From Betaproteobacteria bacterium (lineage in GTDB: Bacteria > Pseudomonadota > Gammaproteobacteria > Burkholderiales > JAHFQX01), in contig JAHFQX010000009.1 in NCBI GenBank assembly GCA_023259135.1, forward strand, positions 2,519 through 66,518: DNA of 64,000 nt, in the 5' to 3' direction. The position numbers and the translations under genes are program-made. Positions 27,569-38,632 of the stretch are shown here, piece by piece. A model generated the notes under the pieces. It did not search any database and was not told where the DNA came from. It was given only the letters and a program-made list of their open reading frames with translations. How positions within the stretch are numbered: the first letter of the stretch is position 1; every line of letters begins with the position of its first letter.

Positions 27569-28945
27569 TCAGGATTTTCCTTCGTCCTTGGAGCGCTTAA
27601 ATAGGCCGGGGTCCAGTTGATGGCGTTGCAGGAGCTTGTAGAACTCGGTGCGATTGCGCTTGGCGAGTTTTGCGGCCTGGGTGACGTTCCCATCGGTAGT
27701 TCGGAGCAACTGGCTGAGGTAGCGTTTCTCAAAACTTTTTCTGGCTTCATCGAAAGAGGCGAGATGCTCTTTTTCCCTTTGGATGGCGTTTTCCACCAGC
27801 GTGGCCGAAATGATGGGGGTGCTGCTGAGGATGACGCTTTGTTCTATCACGTGGTAAAGCTGCCGGATGTTTCCCGGCCAAGCGGCGGCAATCAGCAATT
27901 CCATGGCTTCTGGGGACAGCCCATGGACTGACTTGCCGTGTTGCCGGGCCAGGGTGCTGAGAAAATGGCCGGCCAGCAGCGGGATGTCCTCGCGCCGCTC
28001 GGCGAGGGGGGGGAGCTTGAGGGTGATGACTTTCAGCCGGTAGTACAGATCCTCCCGGAACCGGCCGGCGGCGATTTCGGCCTCCAGATCCCGATGGGTG
28101 GCGCAGAGGATGCGGACATCGAGACGAAAGGTCCGAGTGGCTCCCACTGGCCGGATTTCCTTTTCCTGCAAGGCGCGGAGCAATTTCATCTGCAAGGCGG
28201 CGGGCATGTCTCCGATTTCGTCCAAAAACAAAGTGCCGCCGGCCGCCGCTTGAAACAGTCCGACATGATCCCGGCTTGCGCCGGTGAAAGCGCCTTTGAC
28301 ATGGCCGAACAGTTCCGATTCCAGTAGTTGTTCCGGAATCGCTCCGCAGTTGATGGCGACGAAAGGCCCGGAAGCCCGGTGGCTGGCGCGGTGGATCGCC
28401 TGAGCCAGTAATTCCTTGCCGGTGCCGCTTTCGCCTTGAATCAGTACTCCGGCATCGGTGCTGGCGGCGAGTCTGACCCGGCTCAGAATTTCTTCCATCA
28501 AGGGGCTGCGAGTCAGGATTTCGTTGCGCCAAGGCTCGTCGGTCATCGGAGAATCCGGCGGCCCGGCCAGGGCAATGGCTTTATTCACTTCCCGCAGCAG
28601 CGCCTGGCCATCAAAGGGCTTGCTGAGGTAGCCGAAAACCCCTTGCCGGGTTGCGGCAACCGCGTCCGAAATGCTTCCGTGGGCGGTCAGAATGATGACC
28701 GGCAGCGTCGGATGGGCGGCGTGGATCGCTTCGAACAAGGCCATGCCATCCATTCCGGCCATGCGCAGATCCGTGATCACCAAGCGGGGGTGAGCGGCAG
28801 CCATGGCGGACAAGGCTTCCTCGCCGCTTTGGGCGGTGAGGACCCGATAACCGGCGGCCTCTAGTCGCAGCGTCATCAGTCGAAGTAAATCCGGATCGTC
28901 GTCCACGACCAGGACAGGGGTTTGCTGCGCTTGGATTTTGCTCAT
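27569..28945 (-). CDS. glrR: Sigma-54-dependent response regulator (GlrR/QseF-like)
   Basis: REC domain ([11 protein letters not shown]). AAA+ [17 protein letters not shown] loop, ESELFGH. C-terminal HTH. Third gene of the HK-lipoprotein-RR operon. Confidence 0.8.
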   Translation of the reverse strand: MSKIQAQQTPVLVVDDDPDLLRLMTLRLEAAGYRVLTAQSGEEALSAMAAAHPRLVITDLRMAGMDGMALFEAIHAAHPTLPVIILTAHGSISDAVAATRQGVFGYLSKPFDGQALLREVNKAIALAGPPDSPMTDEPWRNEILTRSPLMEEILSRVRLAASTDAGVLIQGESGTGKELLAQAIHRASHRASGPFVAINCGAIPEQLLESELFGHVKGAFTGASRDHVGLFQAAAGGTLFLDEIGDMPAALQMKLLRALQEKEIRPVGATRTFRLDVRILCATHRDLEAEIAAGRFREDLYYRLKVITLKLPPLAERREDIPLLAGHFLSTLARQHGKSVHGLSPEAMELLIAAAWPGNIRQLYHVIEQSVILSSTPIISATLVENAIQREKEHLASFDEARKSFEKRYLSQLLRTTDGNVTQAAKLAKRNRTEFYKLLQRHQLDPGLFKRSKDEGKS

Positions 28946-29472
28946 TCGCCGCGCCCCGGTGTGAGTTGCTGTCTTTCTATCAGGCTGCGCTCGATGGCTT
29001 TCAGAGCCTCCAGTTTTTGCTGCAAGGCATCCGCCCGGCGCTGTTCTTCCCGGGCTCGGTCTTGCTGCCGCTTATTCTGTTTCATGGTTTCCGCCAGATA
29101 ATAAGCGAAAAGGCGCAACACCGAGGCATTACGCTGTTCCAGGGCGGTCAGGGGCTCCAGCAGTTCGATGGCTTTCGCTTGATCGCTGAATCCGGTGCCG
29201 GGGAGATCCAGTAGCAGGGCCAACTGCACCCTGGAAAAATCATCTCGCTGCTGGGCCTGGACTTGCCGGACCGTATTGTATTCCCGGTGTAGTTCACCCG
29301 GGGGAAGCCGTTTCAGGTATTCGAAATAAGCCAGCAGCCGTTCCGTGTCGCCAGTGGGCAGAAACCCGATGGAATGATCCCAGGGAGCGGCGTCGCGGGG
29401 AGGAAAGGCACCGCAACCGGCCAACACGGCGACGGCGACCAGCAATGCCGCGATGGAGCATAGCGGCTTCAT
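28942..29472 (-). CDS. qseG: Lipoprotein connector, QseG/YfhG-like
   Basis: Lipobox VLAGC. C-terminal coiled coil RADALQQKLEALKAIERSLIERQ. Sandwiched with 4-nt overlaps between the kinase and regulator genes. Confidence 0.6.
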   Translation of the reverse strand: MKPLCSIAALLVAVAVLAGCGAFPPRDAAPWDHSIGFLPTGDTERLLAYFEYLKRLPPGELHREYNTVRQVQAQQRDDFSRVQLALLLDLPGTGFSDQAKAIELLEPLTALEQRNASVLRLFAYYLAETMKQNKRQQDRAREEQRRADALQQKLEALKAIERSLIERQQLTPGRGE

Positions 29473-30914
29473 GGGCTTTCCTGCGCAGCGGGCCGAAGCG
29501 GCAAGCTTATCCTGAGGTGGGCTCCGGTTGCGGAGTCCAATGCTTCCGCCGTGCCGCCGTGGGCCGCCGCATATTCCCGGACGATGGCCAGCCCCAGCCC
29601 GGTCCCCGCCACCCGCCCGTGGTGAGGAGCGCCGCCTTGATAGAGCATTTTAAACACTTGCTCCCTTTCTCTTCCGGGGATGCCGGGTCCTTCGTCGATG
29701 ACGTCGATCTGGATCCAGTCGTCGGCGCGCTGTGCCGCGATGCGGATGGCTGTTCCCGGCGGGGAGAATTTGATGGCATTGGAGAGCAGGTTATCCAGCA
29801 TGACCGCCAGTTTTTCCGCGTCGGCCTGAATCGAGTCATCCGGGCAATGAACCTCGAGCTTCAGGTTTTTAGCCCGCAAAGCCAGGGCGTGGGCCTGTTC
29901 CGCCTCGGCGATGAGGGGTCGCAAAGGAGTCGGGACGACTTTGAGGGCCGATTTTTCCAGCATCACGGATTGATAGCGCAATAGGTTCTCGATCAGCCGT
30001 TGCAGACGCATACTATTATGCCGGAGAATTTCCACCACTTCTCGTTGGGGTGGAGTGAGGGCTCCCATCGCTTCCTCGGCCAGCAGCTCAGCCCCCTCCC
30101 GCAGAGCCGTTAGAGGGGTTTTGAGTTCATGGGAAATTTGGCTCAAAAATAAAGTCTTTTGTTGTTCCAATTCGTTCAAGCGGGACCGCATCCATTCCAG
30201 ATCGGCTCCTAATTGTTCCAGATCCCGCGGACCGTCCACCCTAATGGGGTCGGCGAACCGCCCTTCGCCCAGCCGGCGGATGACCGCCTGGATCTGCCGG
30301 ATGGGCTTGGTGATCAGTATCGAAAAACCGGCCACTAGCAGCAATACCAGAGGGATCAGCGCCAGCAATTGCCAGAGCACCCTGCGCTGGGCTTCTCCCG
30401 CCATTTTTTCCAGGGACTCGGCCCCGTTTTCGATCAGGGCGTTGCCTTGATTCTCGATCTTCTTCGCCAAGTCGAATAGCGCCGGAAACCCTGCTTTGGC
30501 TTTTTCTGCGACGGCAGGAGATTTCCGATCGGCTGCGATGTATTGAAACAGCGAGAGTTCTTCGTCGATGAGGCGCTGCCGCAGATCTTCGTCACTTTTG
30601 TTATTCGACAGGGCCGCTAACCGGGAAGCGGTTTCCTGAAACTTGCGGTGGGCGAGGAAATAACCCTCCAGTAGCGGGGGATCCCCCAACACCGCATATT
30701 GGCGGATACTGCGCTCCATGATGGTCAATTCTTCCAGCATCACCCGGCTGCCGTGGGTGGCGCGGACCGCTTGATAGACGGCCTGCTGGCTTTGCTTGGC
30801 CAGTTGGGCCATGGTCACTGCGTTATGCACCAGGGCGGTCAGCAAGGGGAGTGCCACCAGTGAAAACCCCGCCAGCAATAATCGGGGAAAAGACTTGGGG
30901 TAACTGAGGTCCAT
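29469..30914 (-). CDS. glrK: Sensor histidine kinase (GlrK/QseE-like)
   Basis: Two TM helices, HAMP, HisKA SHELKTPLTAL, HATPase GTGLGLAIV. ATG 30914 (MDLSYPKSFPRLLLAGF) preferred; the track start at 31007 is possible. Confidence 0.78.
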   Translation of the reverse strand: MDLSYPKSFPRLLLAGFSLVALPLLTALVHNAVTMAQLAKQSQQAVYQAVRATHGSRVMLEELTIMERSIRQYAVLGDPPLLEGYFLAHRKFQETASRLAALSNNKSDEDLRQRLIDEELSLFQYIAADRKSPAVAEKAKAGFPALFDLAKKIENQGNALIENGAESLEKMAGEAQRRVLWQLLALIPLVLLLVAGFSILITKPIRQIQAVIRRLGEGRFADPIRVDGPRDLEQLGADLEWMRSRLNELEQQKTLFLSQISHELKTPLTALREGAELLAEEAMGALTPPQREVVEILRHNSMRLQRLIENLLRYQSVMLEKSALKVVPTPLRPLIAEAEQAHALALRAKNLKLEVHCPDDSIQADAEKLAVMLDNLLSNAIKFSPPGTAIRIAAQRADDWIQIDVIDEGPGIPGREREQVFKMLYQGGAPHHGRVAGTGLGLAIVREYAAAHGGTAEALDSATGAHLRISLPLRPAAQESP

Positions 30915-31129
30915 GGGTTTGGGGGCGGCTCCCAAGTGTAGGGGATTGCGTCCGGGAGAATTGTAACGCGTCCTGCGATACCGCTGGTTTTCCGGTTTTT
31001 TTTTCACCGGTTCATAAACTCATTCCAAATCGATATTTATTAAAAATTTTCAGCGTGATACGGTTATGCGACCATCCCGGCCGGGAATGGGCATCGAGTC
31101 TGGCGGAGATATCTTGCTGAGGAGGAAAC

Positions 31130-31474
31130 ATGGGAACGAGTAAATGGCTAGCCCGATGGATGGCGTTGTCGGCGCTGCTGGCGATGCCGCTGTGGGGTCA
31201 TGCCCAGGATGTGCAGGGACGCAATCTCGCGGCAAGCTGCGCGGCTTGCCACGGCACCGATGGCAACAGCGCGGGGGGCATGCCGCCATTGGCGGGCCAA
31301 AACAAGGGCCTGATCGTCCGGGCGATGCGGGAATTTCGCTCGGGAAGCCGGCCGGCCACGGTCATGCATCAACTAGCCAAGGGCTATACCGATGCTCAAA
31401 TCGAGACTATCGCCGGCTACTTTGCCGCCCAGGGCAAGCCGTCGGACGGCGGGCCTCCTTACAGCACCTATTGA
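31130..31474 (+). CDS. Monohaem cytochrome c (FccA/SoxE-like small subunit)
   Basis: RBS GAGGAGG. Signal peptide. Single CAACH haem-binding motif. Directly precedes the flavoprotein subunit. Confidence 0.8.
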   Translation: MGTSKWLARWMALSALLAMPLWGHAQDVQGRNLAASCAACHGTDGNSAGGMPPLAGQNKGLIVRAMREFRSGSRPATVMHQLAKGYTDAQIETIAGYFAAQGKPSDGGPPYSTY

Positions 31475-31493
31475 TTCGATGAGGAGCGATTTC

Positions 31494-32771
31494 ATGAGTC
31501 TGTCCAGAAGAGATTTCATCAAATGGGCCTCGGCGTCCGCGGCGCTGGCCTCCTTGGGAGGGTGCGCTACTCCTAGAGGCGGCAAGACCGCCGGCCGGGT
31601 GGTGGTGATCGGCGGCGGCTACTCGGGGGCCACCGCGGCCAAATACCTACGCCTGTGGTCCCCCGATATCGACGTGAGCTTGGTGGAGCGCAATCCGGTT
31701 TTCGTTTCCTGCCCGCTGTCCAACTTGGTGATTGGCGGCAGCAAGTCCATCGCCGATCTGACCCGCGGTTATGACACCTTGTCTGACAAGTATGGGGTGA
31801 AGCGGGTCCAGGGCGAGGCGGTGGCGGTGGACCCAGCTAAGCGCACGGTGCGTCTTGCCGACGGCGGCATCCTGTCTTACGACCGGTTGATCGTGGCGCC
31901 GGGGATCGATTTTATGTTCGAGGCCGTTCCTTCCCTGAACGACGCCGAAGCTCAGGACCGCATCCTGCACGCCTGGAAAGCCGGTCCTCAAACCACGGCT
32001 TTGCGCCGTCAACTGGAAGCCATGCCCGACGGCGGCATTTACGCGCTGCATATTCCCAAGGTTCCCTACCGCTGCCCTCCCGGACCTTACGAACGGGCCT
32101 GCCAAGTGGCGCATTATTTCAAGACCGCCAAGCCGCGTTCCAAGGTGTTGATCCTGGATGCCAACGAGGATGTGCAGTCCAAGAAGGAACTATTCATGAA
32201 AGCCTGGAGCGACCGCTACAAGGGCATCGTCGAATACCGCCCCCATAGCGAACTGGCCGATGTGGACGTGAAGAACCGGATAGCCAAGTTGACCTTCGAG
32301 GACGTCAAGGCCGACGTGCTCAACGTGGTGCCTCCGCAGCGGGCCGGAAAGATTGCCGACCTGGCTGGCCTGGTCACCGCCAATCAGCGCTGGTGCGAAG
32401 TGGATTTTCTCAGCTTCGAATCGAAGGCCCAGCCGAATATTCACGTTCTGGGCGATGCCATTCTGGCGGCGCCGGCCATGCCCAAGTCGGGCCACATGGC
32501 CAACCAGCACGCCAAAGTATGCGCGGCGGCGGTGGCGGCATTGCTGCACGGCCAACCGGTATTCGATCAACCGGTGGTGACGAATACCTGCTACAGCTTC
32601 ATCGACGACCGGGAGACGGTCCACGTCGCCTCGGTGCACCGCTATGACCCCGAGCAGAAAGCCCTGGTGACCGTGCCGGGCAGCGGGGGCTTGTCCGGCG
32701 CTGCTTCGGAGATGGAGGGTCAGTACGCGTTTGCCTGGGCTAAAAATATCTGGTCGGATATGCTGGGCTGA
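31494..32771 (+). CDS. fccB: Flavocytochrome c sulfide dehydrogenase flavoprotein subunit (FccB/SoxF-like)
   Basis: RBS GAGGAG. Tat signal SRRDFIKWASASAALASLGG. FAD fold VVVIGGGYSGATAAKY. The track ORF starts further upstream at 31392. Confidence 0.85.
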   Translation: MSLSRRDFIKWASASAALASLGGCATPRGGKTAGRVVVIGGGYSGATAAKYLRLWSPDIDVSLVERNPVFVSCPLSNLVIGGSKSIADLTRGYDTLSDKYGVKRVQGEAVAVDPAKRTVRLADGGILSYDRLIVAPGIDFMFEAVPSLNDAEAQDRILHAWKAGPQTTALRRQLEAMPDGGIYALHIPKVPYRCPPGPYERACQVAHYFKTAKPRSKVLILDANEDVQSKKELFMKAWSDRYKGIVEYRPHSELADVDVKNRIAKLTFEDVKADVLNVVPPQRAGKIADLAGLVTANQRWCEVDFLSFESKAQPNIHVLGDAILAAPAMPKSGHMANQHAKVCAAAVAALLHGQPVFDQPVVTNTCYSFIDDRETVHVASVHRYDPEQKALVTVPGSGGLSGAASEMEGQYAFAWAKNIWSDMLG

Positions 32772-32801
32772 GCGCCCGGCGCGGTAGCGCCGTTGCCGTC
32801 T

Positions 32802-35357
32802 TCAAACCCATGCCATCATCCCCATTTCCAGGGGATGGGTCAGCAGCTCGTGGCTGGGGTAGGCGCGGATGAAGTACTCCAGTTTGCCGCAATGCTCGGG
32901 GGTTAACTCCAGCGCGAAGCGGTGTTCTCCGGATTCGGTGAGAGTTCCGGTGGGCTCGAACCGATGGCGGGTGGCGTGCTTGAGCTTCTCGCTCCTGCGC
33001 TGGCGGCTGAAGAGCAGTTCCACTGCCACGTCCTCGGGTTGCAAGCGATTCAAATGGACCGCGACTTCGAAGCGGAGGTTGTCGCCGAATTGCAGGTTCT
33101 TGCGGGGAACATCCAGGCGGCGGATGGAGACCCCGCCCCATGCCTCGCGAATCCGGGCTTTCCAGGCGGCGATCAGGCGGGCCGCCTGGTAACCGTCCTG
33201 GCTGTAGCGCCGGCCCTGCTGGGAAGCGGGCAGGTAGAACTTGCCGACGTATTCCCCCACCATGCGGATGGAGCTGAAGCGGGGCAACAGGCTGGCCATA
33301 GAGTGCTTGGCCATTTTTACCCACTCGGGCGAATAGCCCATCTTGCCGCGGTTGTAATACATCGGAATGATCTGGTCTTGCAGCAGTTCATACAGAGTTT
33401 GGGATTCCTCCCGGCTGCGGCGGGATTCCTCCAGGTGAGGAGAGGCGGGCTTCACCCCCCAGCCATTGTTGCCGTCGTAGCCCTCGTCCCACCAGCCGTC
33501 CAATATGCTTAAATTGAGGGCGCCGTTCATCCCTGCTTTCATGCCCGACGTGCCGGAGGCCTCCAGCGGATACACGGGGTTGTTGAGCCATACGTCCACG
33601 CCGGATACCATGCGCCGCCCGAGCCGCAGGTCATAGCCTTCCACCATCAGCACCCGGCCTTCGAACTCCGGCATGCGGCTGATCTGATTCAGCCGCCGGA
33701 TCAAGTCCTGTCCGGGAACATCCGCCGGGTGGGCCTTGCCCGCGAAAATGAACAGTACCGGACAAGATTCGTCGCCGATGATTTGCTTGATCCACTCCAG
33801 ATTCTCGAAAATCAGCGCAGCGCGCTTGTAGGTGGCGAAACGGCGGGCAAAGCCGATGGTGAGCACGTTGGGGTTGGTGGGATCGGCCAGTTTGAGCACT
33901 CGATCCAAGTGGGCTTCCGAGCCTTGATTCCGGAAGTGCTGGGCGGTGACCCGTTGGCGCACCAGGTGCAGCATTTGGGATTTGAGGGATTGGCGCACAC
34001 TCCAGAACAAGTGGTCGGGAATCTGGTCGATCCGGCTCCAGAACCCCGGATCCCGCAAGTGTTGGGTCCATTCGCCGCCCAGATAGCGTTCGAACAGTTC
34101 GGCCATCTCCTGGGCCAGAAAAGTCGGCACGTGGACCCCGTTGGTGATATAGGTGATGGGGTTTTCCTCTGGGTCGATCTGGGGCCACAGCGCTTGGCAG
34201 ATGCTGGCCGAGACCCCTCCGTGGATGCGGCTCACCCCGTTATGGAAGCGGGAGCCGCGGATGGCCAGCGAGGTCATGTTGAATTCGTTGGGGCCGGAAG
34301 CGCCGCCCAGCGCCAGGAATGCCTCCCGGCTGGTTTTGAGATCCCGGCAGCACTGCTCGAAATAGGCATCCATGAGCTGCTGGGAGAAATGGTCGTGGCC
34401 CGCCGGAACGGGAGTATGGGTGGTGAAGACGGTGTTGACGGCGACTCCTTCCAGGGCGGCGTGGAAATCCAGGCCCTGGGCCACCAGGGCGCGCATGCGC
34501 TCCAGGACCAAAAACGCGGCATGGCCTTCGTTGATATGCCAGACCGTGGGCTTGAGCCCTATTTCCTGAAGGGCCCGGACCCCGCCGATTCCCAGCACGA
34601 TTTCCTGCTCGATGCGGGTGGTTTTGTCGCCGCCGTAGAGCTGATGGGCGATATCCCGATCATGGGGGGAATTCTCGGGAATATCCGTATCCAGCAGGCA
34701 CAGGGTGACGTGGCCAACTTTGGCCTGCCAAACCTTGATGGTGGCGGTTCGGCCGGGAAGCTCCACCCGGACCCGGACTTCCGAGCCGTCGTCGCGCAGC
34801 ACGGGAGCGACGGGAAGATTTTCGAAATCGGAGTCGTGATAGACGGCGTGCTGACTGCCTTCGCTGTCGATGCTTTGATGGAAATAGCCTTGGCGATACA
34901 GCAAGCCGACGCCGACGAAAGGCAGGCGCATGTCGCTGGCGGTTTTGCAGTGATCTCCGGCCAGGATTCCCAAGCCTCCCGAGTAGATGGGCAGGCTCTC
35001 GTGAAAGCCGAACTCGGCGCAGAAATAGGCGACCAGATCGCTTTGCCGCAGCCACTCGGAACCGTTGCGGCGCATCGGCTCGCCGTGGTAGGTGTCGTAG
35101 GCCGACAGCACCCGGTTGAAATTGGCCAGAAAGACGCTGTCCTCGGCGGCATCCACCAGGCGTTGCTCGTCGACCCGCTTGAGAAAGGCTTTCGGGCTGT
35201 GGCCCACGGCATCCCACAGCGAGGGATGCAGCCGGGAGAACAGGGTGCGGGTGGGCCGGTCCCAGCTATACCAAAGGTTATTGGCCAGCTCTTCCATGCG
35301 GGCGAGCCGCCGCGGAATCTTAGGATTGACTTCGATAACAAAGGATGTGCCTGTCAT
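32802..35357 (-). CDS. glgP: Alpha-glucan phosphorylase (GT35 family)
   Basis: 851 aa. GGLGILAGDHCKTASD, EASGTSGMKAGMNGALNLSILDGWW (PLP-lysine region). Confidence 0.9.
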   Translation of the reverse strand: MTGTSFVIEVNPKIPRRLARMEELANNLWYSWDRPTRTLFSRLHPSLWDAVGHSPKAFLKRVDEQRLVDAAEDSVFLANFNRVLSAYDTYHGEPMRRNGSEWLRQSDLVAYFCAEFGFHESLPIYSGGLGILAGDHCKTASDMRLPFVGVGLLYRQGYFHQSIDSEGSQHAVYHDSDFENLPVAPVLRDDGSEVRVRVELPGRTATIKVWQAKVGHVTLCLLDTDIPENSPHDRDIAHQLYGGDKTTRIEQEIVLGIGGVRALQEIGLKPTVWHINEGHAAFLVLERMRALVAQGLDFHAALEGVAVNTVFTTHTPVPAGHDHFSQQLMDAYFEQCCRDLKTSREAFLALGGASGPNEFNMTSLAIRGSRFHNGVSRIHGGVSASICQALWPQIDPEENPITYITNGVHVPTFLAQEMAELFERYLGGEWTQHLRDPGFWSRIDQIPDHLFWSVRQSLKSQMLHLVRQRVTAQHFRNQGSEAHLDRVLKLADPTNPNVLTIGFARRFATYKRAALIFENLEWIKQIIGDESCPVLFIFAGKAHPADVPGQDLIRRLNQISRMPEFEGRVLMVEGYDLRLGRRMVSGVDVWLNNPVYPLEASGTSGMKAGMNGALNLSILDGWWDEGYDGNNGWGVKPASPHLEESRRSREESQTLYELLQDQIIPMYYNRGKMGYSPEWVKMAKHSMASLLPRFSSIRMVGEYVGKFYLPASQQGRRYSQDGYQAARLIAAWKARIREAWGGVSIRRLDVPRKNLQFGDNLRFEVAVHLNRLQPEDVAVELLFSRQRRSEKLKHATRHRFEPTGTLTESGEHRFALELTPEHCGKLEYFIRAYPSHELLTHPLEMGMMAWV

Positions 35358-35393
35358 GCAGCCTCCAGCAAGCGGAAAAAAGGAGCGGGTGCC

Positions 35394-35939
35394 TTAGCCA
35401 AGCAGAAAGTGTTCCCGGTAATGGCGCAGCTCGGCGATAGAGTCGTAGACATCCGCCAGCGCCTCGTGCTTGCCTTGCTTGACGAGCCCGGCCAGGACCG
35501 AGGGTTTCCAGCGCTTGGCCAGCTCCTTGAGGGTGCTGACATCCAAGTTGCGGTAGTGGAAATGGGCTTCCAGGCGCGGCATGTAGCGGGCGAGAAAACG
35601 CCGGTCCTGGCAGATGCTGTTGCCGCACATGGGCGAGGCATTGGCGGGGACAGATTGCCGCAGAAAATCCACAGCCAGTTGCTCCACGTCCATTTCGGCA
35701 AGGGTGGAAGCCTTGACCCGCTCGACGAGTCCGGATTTGCCGTGGGTGGCGTTGTTCCAGGCATCCATCCGCTCCAAGACCTCGTCGGCCTGATGCACCA
35801 CCCAAACCGGGGCTTCCGCCACGGTATTCAGGTTGGAGTCGGTGACGACCATGGCCACTTCCAGAATCCGGTCGGAGTCGGGATTGAGCCCGCTCATTTC
35901 CATGTCCAGCCAGATGAGGTTGCCGGGGTCTTGTGCCAT
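35394..35939 (-). CDS. orn: Oligoribonuclease
   Basis: [14 protein letters not shown]...ILEVA... DEDDh exonuclease. ATG 35939; the track ORF over-extends to 36095. Confidence 0.92.
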   Translation of the reverse strand: MAQDPGNLIWLDMEMSGLNPDSDRILEVAMVVTDSNLNTVAEAPVWVVHQADEVLERMDAWNNATHGKSGLVERVKASTLAEMDVEQLAVDFLRQSVPANASPMCGNSICQDRRFLARYMPRLEAHFHYRNLDVSTLKELAKRWKPSVLAGLVKQGKHEALADVYDSIAELRHYREHFLLG

Positions 35940-36009
35940 AATGAAGCGCTTCGAAAAAATTGAAGGCGCCAATTGTGTCACACTTGGCGCGATAATTCTA
36001 AATGGTGGC

Positions 36010-37266
36010 ATGAGCAGTTTCACTTTCGCATTTTTGACGGTCTTGCTGGCGGTAACCCTGCTCCGGTGGGGGTTGGCTTGGCGCCAGATCCGCACCGTCG
36101 GCCGCCATCGCGCCGCCGTTCCGGAACTCTTCGAAGGCGCCGTTTCCCTCGCATCGCACCAGCGGGCCGCCGACTATACCTGCGCCAAGGCCCGCCTTGC
36201 GGAGGTGCACGCGATTTTGGAGGGAGCTCTGGCGGCGGCCCTGATTCCCGGCGGGGGCATTGCGCTGTTGCTCAAGGCCTGGGAAGGCTGGCTACGGCCG
36301 GGGCTGGGATCGGACGTCGGTCTGGTGGTCAGCGTGGCGGTGATCGCCGGCATCCTGGAATTGCCCCTAAGCCTTTACCGGACCTTCGTCATCGAGGCCC
36401 GGTTCGGCTACAACCGGATGACCGTCCGGATTTTCCTTGCCGATCTGGCGAAAGGGGCGGTGGTGGGGGCGCTGCTGGGGATGCCCCTGCTGGCGGCGGT
36501 GCTCTGGCTGATGGCGGAAGGCGGACATGCCTGGTGGATCTATGCCTGGGGCGCCTGGGCGGGTTTCAACGTCTTGATCTTGGCGGCCTATCCCCGCTGG
36601 ATCGCCCCATTGTTCAACAAGTTTGCCCCGCTGCAGGACGCCGCGTTGCAATCCCGGGTCGAGGCGCTGCTGGCCCGCTGCGGCGCCAACTTCAACGGGA
36701 TATTCGTGATGGACGGCTCCCGGCGCAGCGCCCACGGCAATGCCTACTTCACCGGGTTCGGCCGCAACAAGCGGATCGTGTTGTTCGATACCTTGTTAGA
36801 ACGCCTTGACCCGGCCGAATTGGAGGCAGTGCTGGCCCATGAACTGGGACACTACCGGCTGCGGCATGTCGGCAAGCGCTTGGCGATGCTGCTGGGGGTG
36901 AGCCTGGCGTTGTTCTGGAGCTTGCAGGCCTTGCGGGAATATCCGCGCTTGCTGGAAAGTCTGGCCCTGCCGATTCCCGTCTCGGACGGTGCCGTGCTGG
37001 CGGCATTCTTCTTGGCGGCGCCTTTGCTGCTGTTTCCGGTGCAACCCTTGCTCAGTTGGTATTCCCGTCGCCATGAGTTCGAGGCCGATGCCTATGCGTC
37101 CCGTCAAGCGGGTTTTGATCCGTTGTGCCAAGCCTTGCGCAAGCTTTATCAAGACAACGGCGCGACCTTGACCCCCGATCCCATCCATTCGGCTTTTTAC
37201 GATTCCCATCCCCCGGCGATCCGGCGGGTCGGTCGTTTGACCTCCCCGGCCGCGGGGGCTTCCTGA
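36010..37266 (+). CDS. M48-family membrane zinc metallopeptidase (Ste24/HtpX-like)
   Basis: HELGHY zinc motif and several TM helices. ATG 36010 ([15 protein letters not shown]). Confidence 0.85.
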   Translation: MSSFTFAFLTVLLAVTLLRWGLAWRQIRTVGRHRAAVPELFEGAVSLASHQRAADYTCAKARLAEVHAILEGALAAALIPGGGIALLLKAWEGWLRPGLGSDVGLVVSVAVIAGILELPLSLYRTFVIEARFGYNRMTVRIFLADLAKGAVVGALLGMPLLAAVLWLMAEGGHAWWIYAWGAWAGFNVLILAAYPRWIAPLFNKFAPLQDAALQSRVEALLARCGANFNGIFVMDGSRRSAHGNAYFTGFGRNKRIVLFDTLLERLDPAELEAVLAHELGHYRLRHVGKRLAMLLGVSLALFWSLQALREYPRLLESLALPIPVSDGAVLAAFFLAAPLLLFPVQPLLSWYSRRHEFEADAYASRQAGFDPLCQALRKLYQDNGATLTPDPIHSAFYDSHPPAIRRVGRLTSPAAGAS

Positions 37267-37281
37267 TATGCGGAGGCGACC

Positions 37282-37620
37282 GTGAGCGACGTTGCGGATT
37301 TGACCCGGAAAAAGTGCAAGCCTTGCGAAGGAGGCACCCCCCCTCTTGCCGAAACCGAGGCCGCCCGGCTGTTGAGTCAGCTCCAGGGCTGGGCCCGATC
37401 CGGGCAAGGAATCGAAAAGCTTTTCCCGTTCAAGGATCATTATCAGACGTTGGCTTTCGTCAACGCGGTGGCGTGGGTTTCCCATCGGGAGGATCATCAT
37501 CCCGATCTGACGGTGGGCTATAACCAATGCCGCGTTTTCTACATCACCCACGCGGCGCAGGGTTTGACCGAGAACGATTTCATCTGCGCGGCCAAGGTGG
37601 ACGCCTTGTTTGCTCTGTGA
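37282..37620 (+). CDS. phhB: 4a-hydroxytetrahydrobiopterin dehydratase (PCD/DCoH)
   Basis: GTG start with [27 protein letters not shown] motif. Confidence 0.88.
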   Translation: MSDVADLTRKKCKPCEGGTPPLAETEAARLLSQLQGWARSGQGIEKLFPFKDHYQTLAFVNAVAWVSHREDHHPDLTVGYNQCRVFYITHAAQGLTENDFICAAKVDALFAL

Positions 37621-38507
37621 TCCTTCCCGAGCCGGCCGGGGGTGAGCGCTGTGGGCGGGTAGTGTCCTGCCATCGTCGGCATTTCGGGGTGCGGGCGGGG
37701 GACCAGGAGCTGCGCTGCATCCTCAAGGGGCGGTCCCGCGAAGTGGCGTGCGGAGACCGCGTCTGGGTGCGGGAGACCGCCCCCGGCGAGGGAGTCATCA
37801 TCCGCGCCGATCCCCGGGGATCTTTGCTGTTTCGCTCCGACGGGCGCCGGGAGAAGCTCATCGCGGCCAACGTGAGCTTGGTGGTGGCGGTGCTGGCCGC
37901 CTTGCCCAAACCCAACGAAGAACTGCTGAGTCGTTGCCTGGCCGTGGCGGAATCCCAAAACATCGGCGCCGTCATCCTGCTCAACAAGGTGGATTTGCCC
38001 GAGGCAGAGGATGCGCTGCATCTGCTCCGCCCCTATGTCGAGTTGGGTTATCCGTTGGTCACGCTGTGCGCCAAGCGAGACGTGGGGCCGCTGCTGCCCC
38101 ACCTGAGGGGGCAAACCAGCGTGCTGGTGGGGCAGTCGGGAGTGGGCAAGTCCACCCTCATCAATCGGCTGGTGCCGGAGGCCCGGGCAGCGGTCTCGGA
38201 GATTTCGGTCCGGGGATCGATGGGCCGTCAGACCACCACCGCGACCCGGCTATTCTCCTTGGATGCCCAAACCCATGTTATCGATTCCCCCGGGTTTCAG
38301 GAATTCGGGCTGGCCCATCTATCGGCGGGGCAATTGGAAGCGGGCTTCCGGGAGTTCTGTCCCTTCTTCGGCAACTGCCGGTTTCGCGACTGCGCCCACT
38401 TGGGAGAACAGGGCTGCGGGATAGCGATGGCGGCCGAGCGGGGCCAAGTCCGCCCTGAGCGGCTGGAGATCTACCGCAGGCTGCGGCGGCTATTGGAGCC
38501 CCGTTAG
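37617..38507 (+). CDS. rsgA: Ribosome small-subunit-dependent GTPase A
   Basis: NKVDL, P-loop [12 protein letters not shown], zinc knuckle [18 protein letters not shown] at 37617 overlapping the phhB stop (GTGA) is the proposed start. Confidence 0.88.
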   Translation: MILPEPAGGERCGRVVSCHRRHFGVRAGDQELRCILKGRSREVACGDRVWVRETAPGEGVIIRADPRGSLLFRSDGRREKLIAANVSLVVAVLAALPKPNEELLSRCLAVAESQNIGAVILLNKVDLPEAEDALHLLRPYVELGYPLVTLCAKRDVGPLLPHLRGQTSVLVGQSGVGKSTLINRLVPEARAAVSEISVRGSMGRQTTTATRLFSLDAQTHVIDSPGFQEFGLAHLSAGQLEAGFREFCPFFGNCRFRDCAHLGEQGCGIAMAAERGQVRPERLEIYRRLRRLLEPR

Positions 38508-38591
38508 CTCAGTGAGGTCAGCCTCCGGCTTTGCCGGGGGTAATTTAACTCGGCATCGATTCTCAGGCGGTCATCCTGGGGTGTTTTTCGG

Positions 38592-38620
38592 TTGACAATG
38601 GCGGTGGCTGGCCCTATTCT
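38592..38620 (+). promoter_or_regulatory. Sigma-70-type promoter candidate for the rubrerythrin operon
   Basis: TTGACA (38592-38597), 17-nt spacer, TATTCT (38615-38620). Confidence 0.5.
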
Positions 38621-38632
38621 TGAACCAGGTTT

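Noticed and set aside
31101-31118. Sigma-54-like TGGCGGAGATATCTTGCT upstream of the cytochrome c gene
   Set aside because: The GG to GC spacing is N12 rather than the obligatory N10.
32777-32800. CGGCGC-GGTA-GCGCCG hairpin between fccB and glgP as a terminator
   Set aside because: The stem is only 6 bp and the T-tract is poor (TTGCCGTCTTC). The evidence is too weak to list as a feature.
33729-35963. 744-aa plus-strand ORF
   Set aside because: It is antisense to glgP and orn, both of which have unmistakable motifs. It is a low-complexity high-GC shadow frame.
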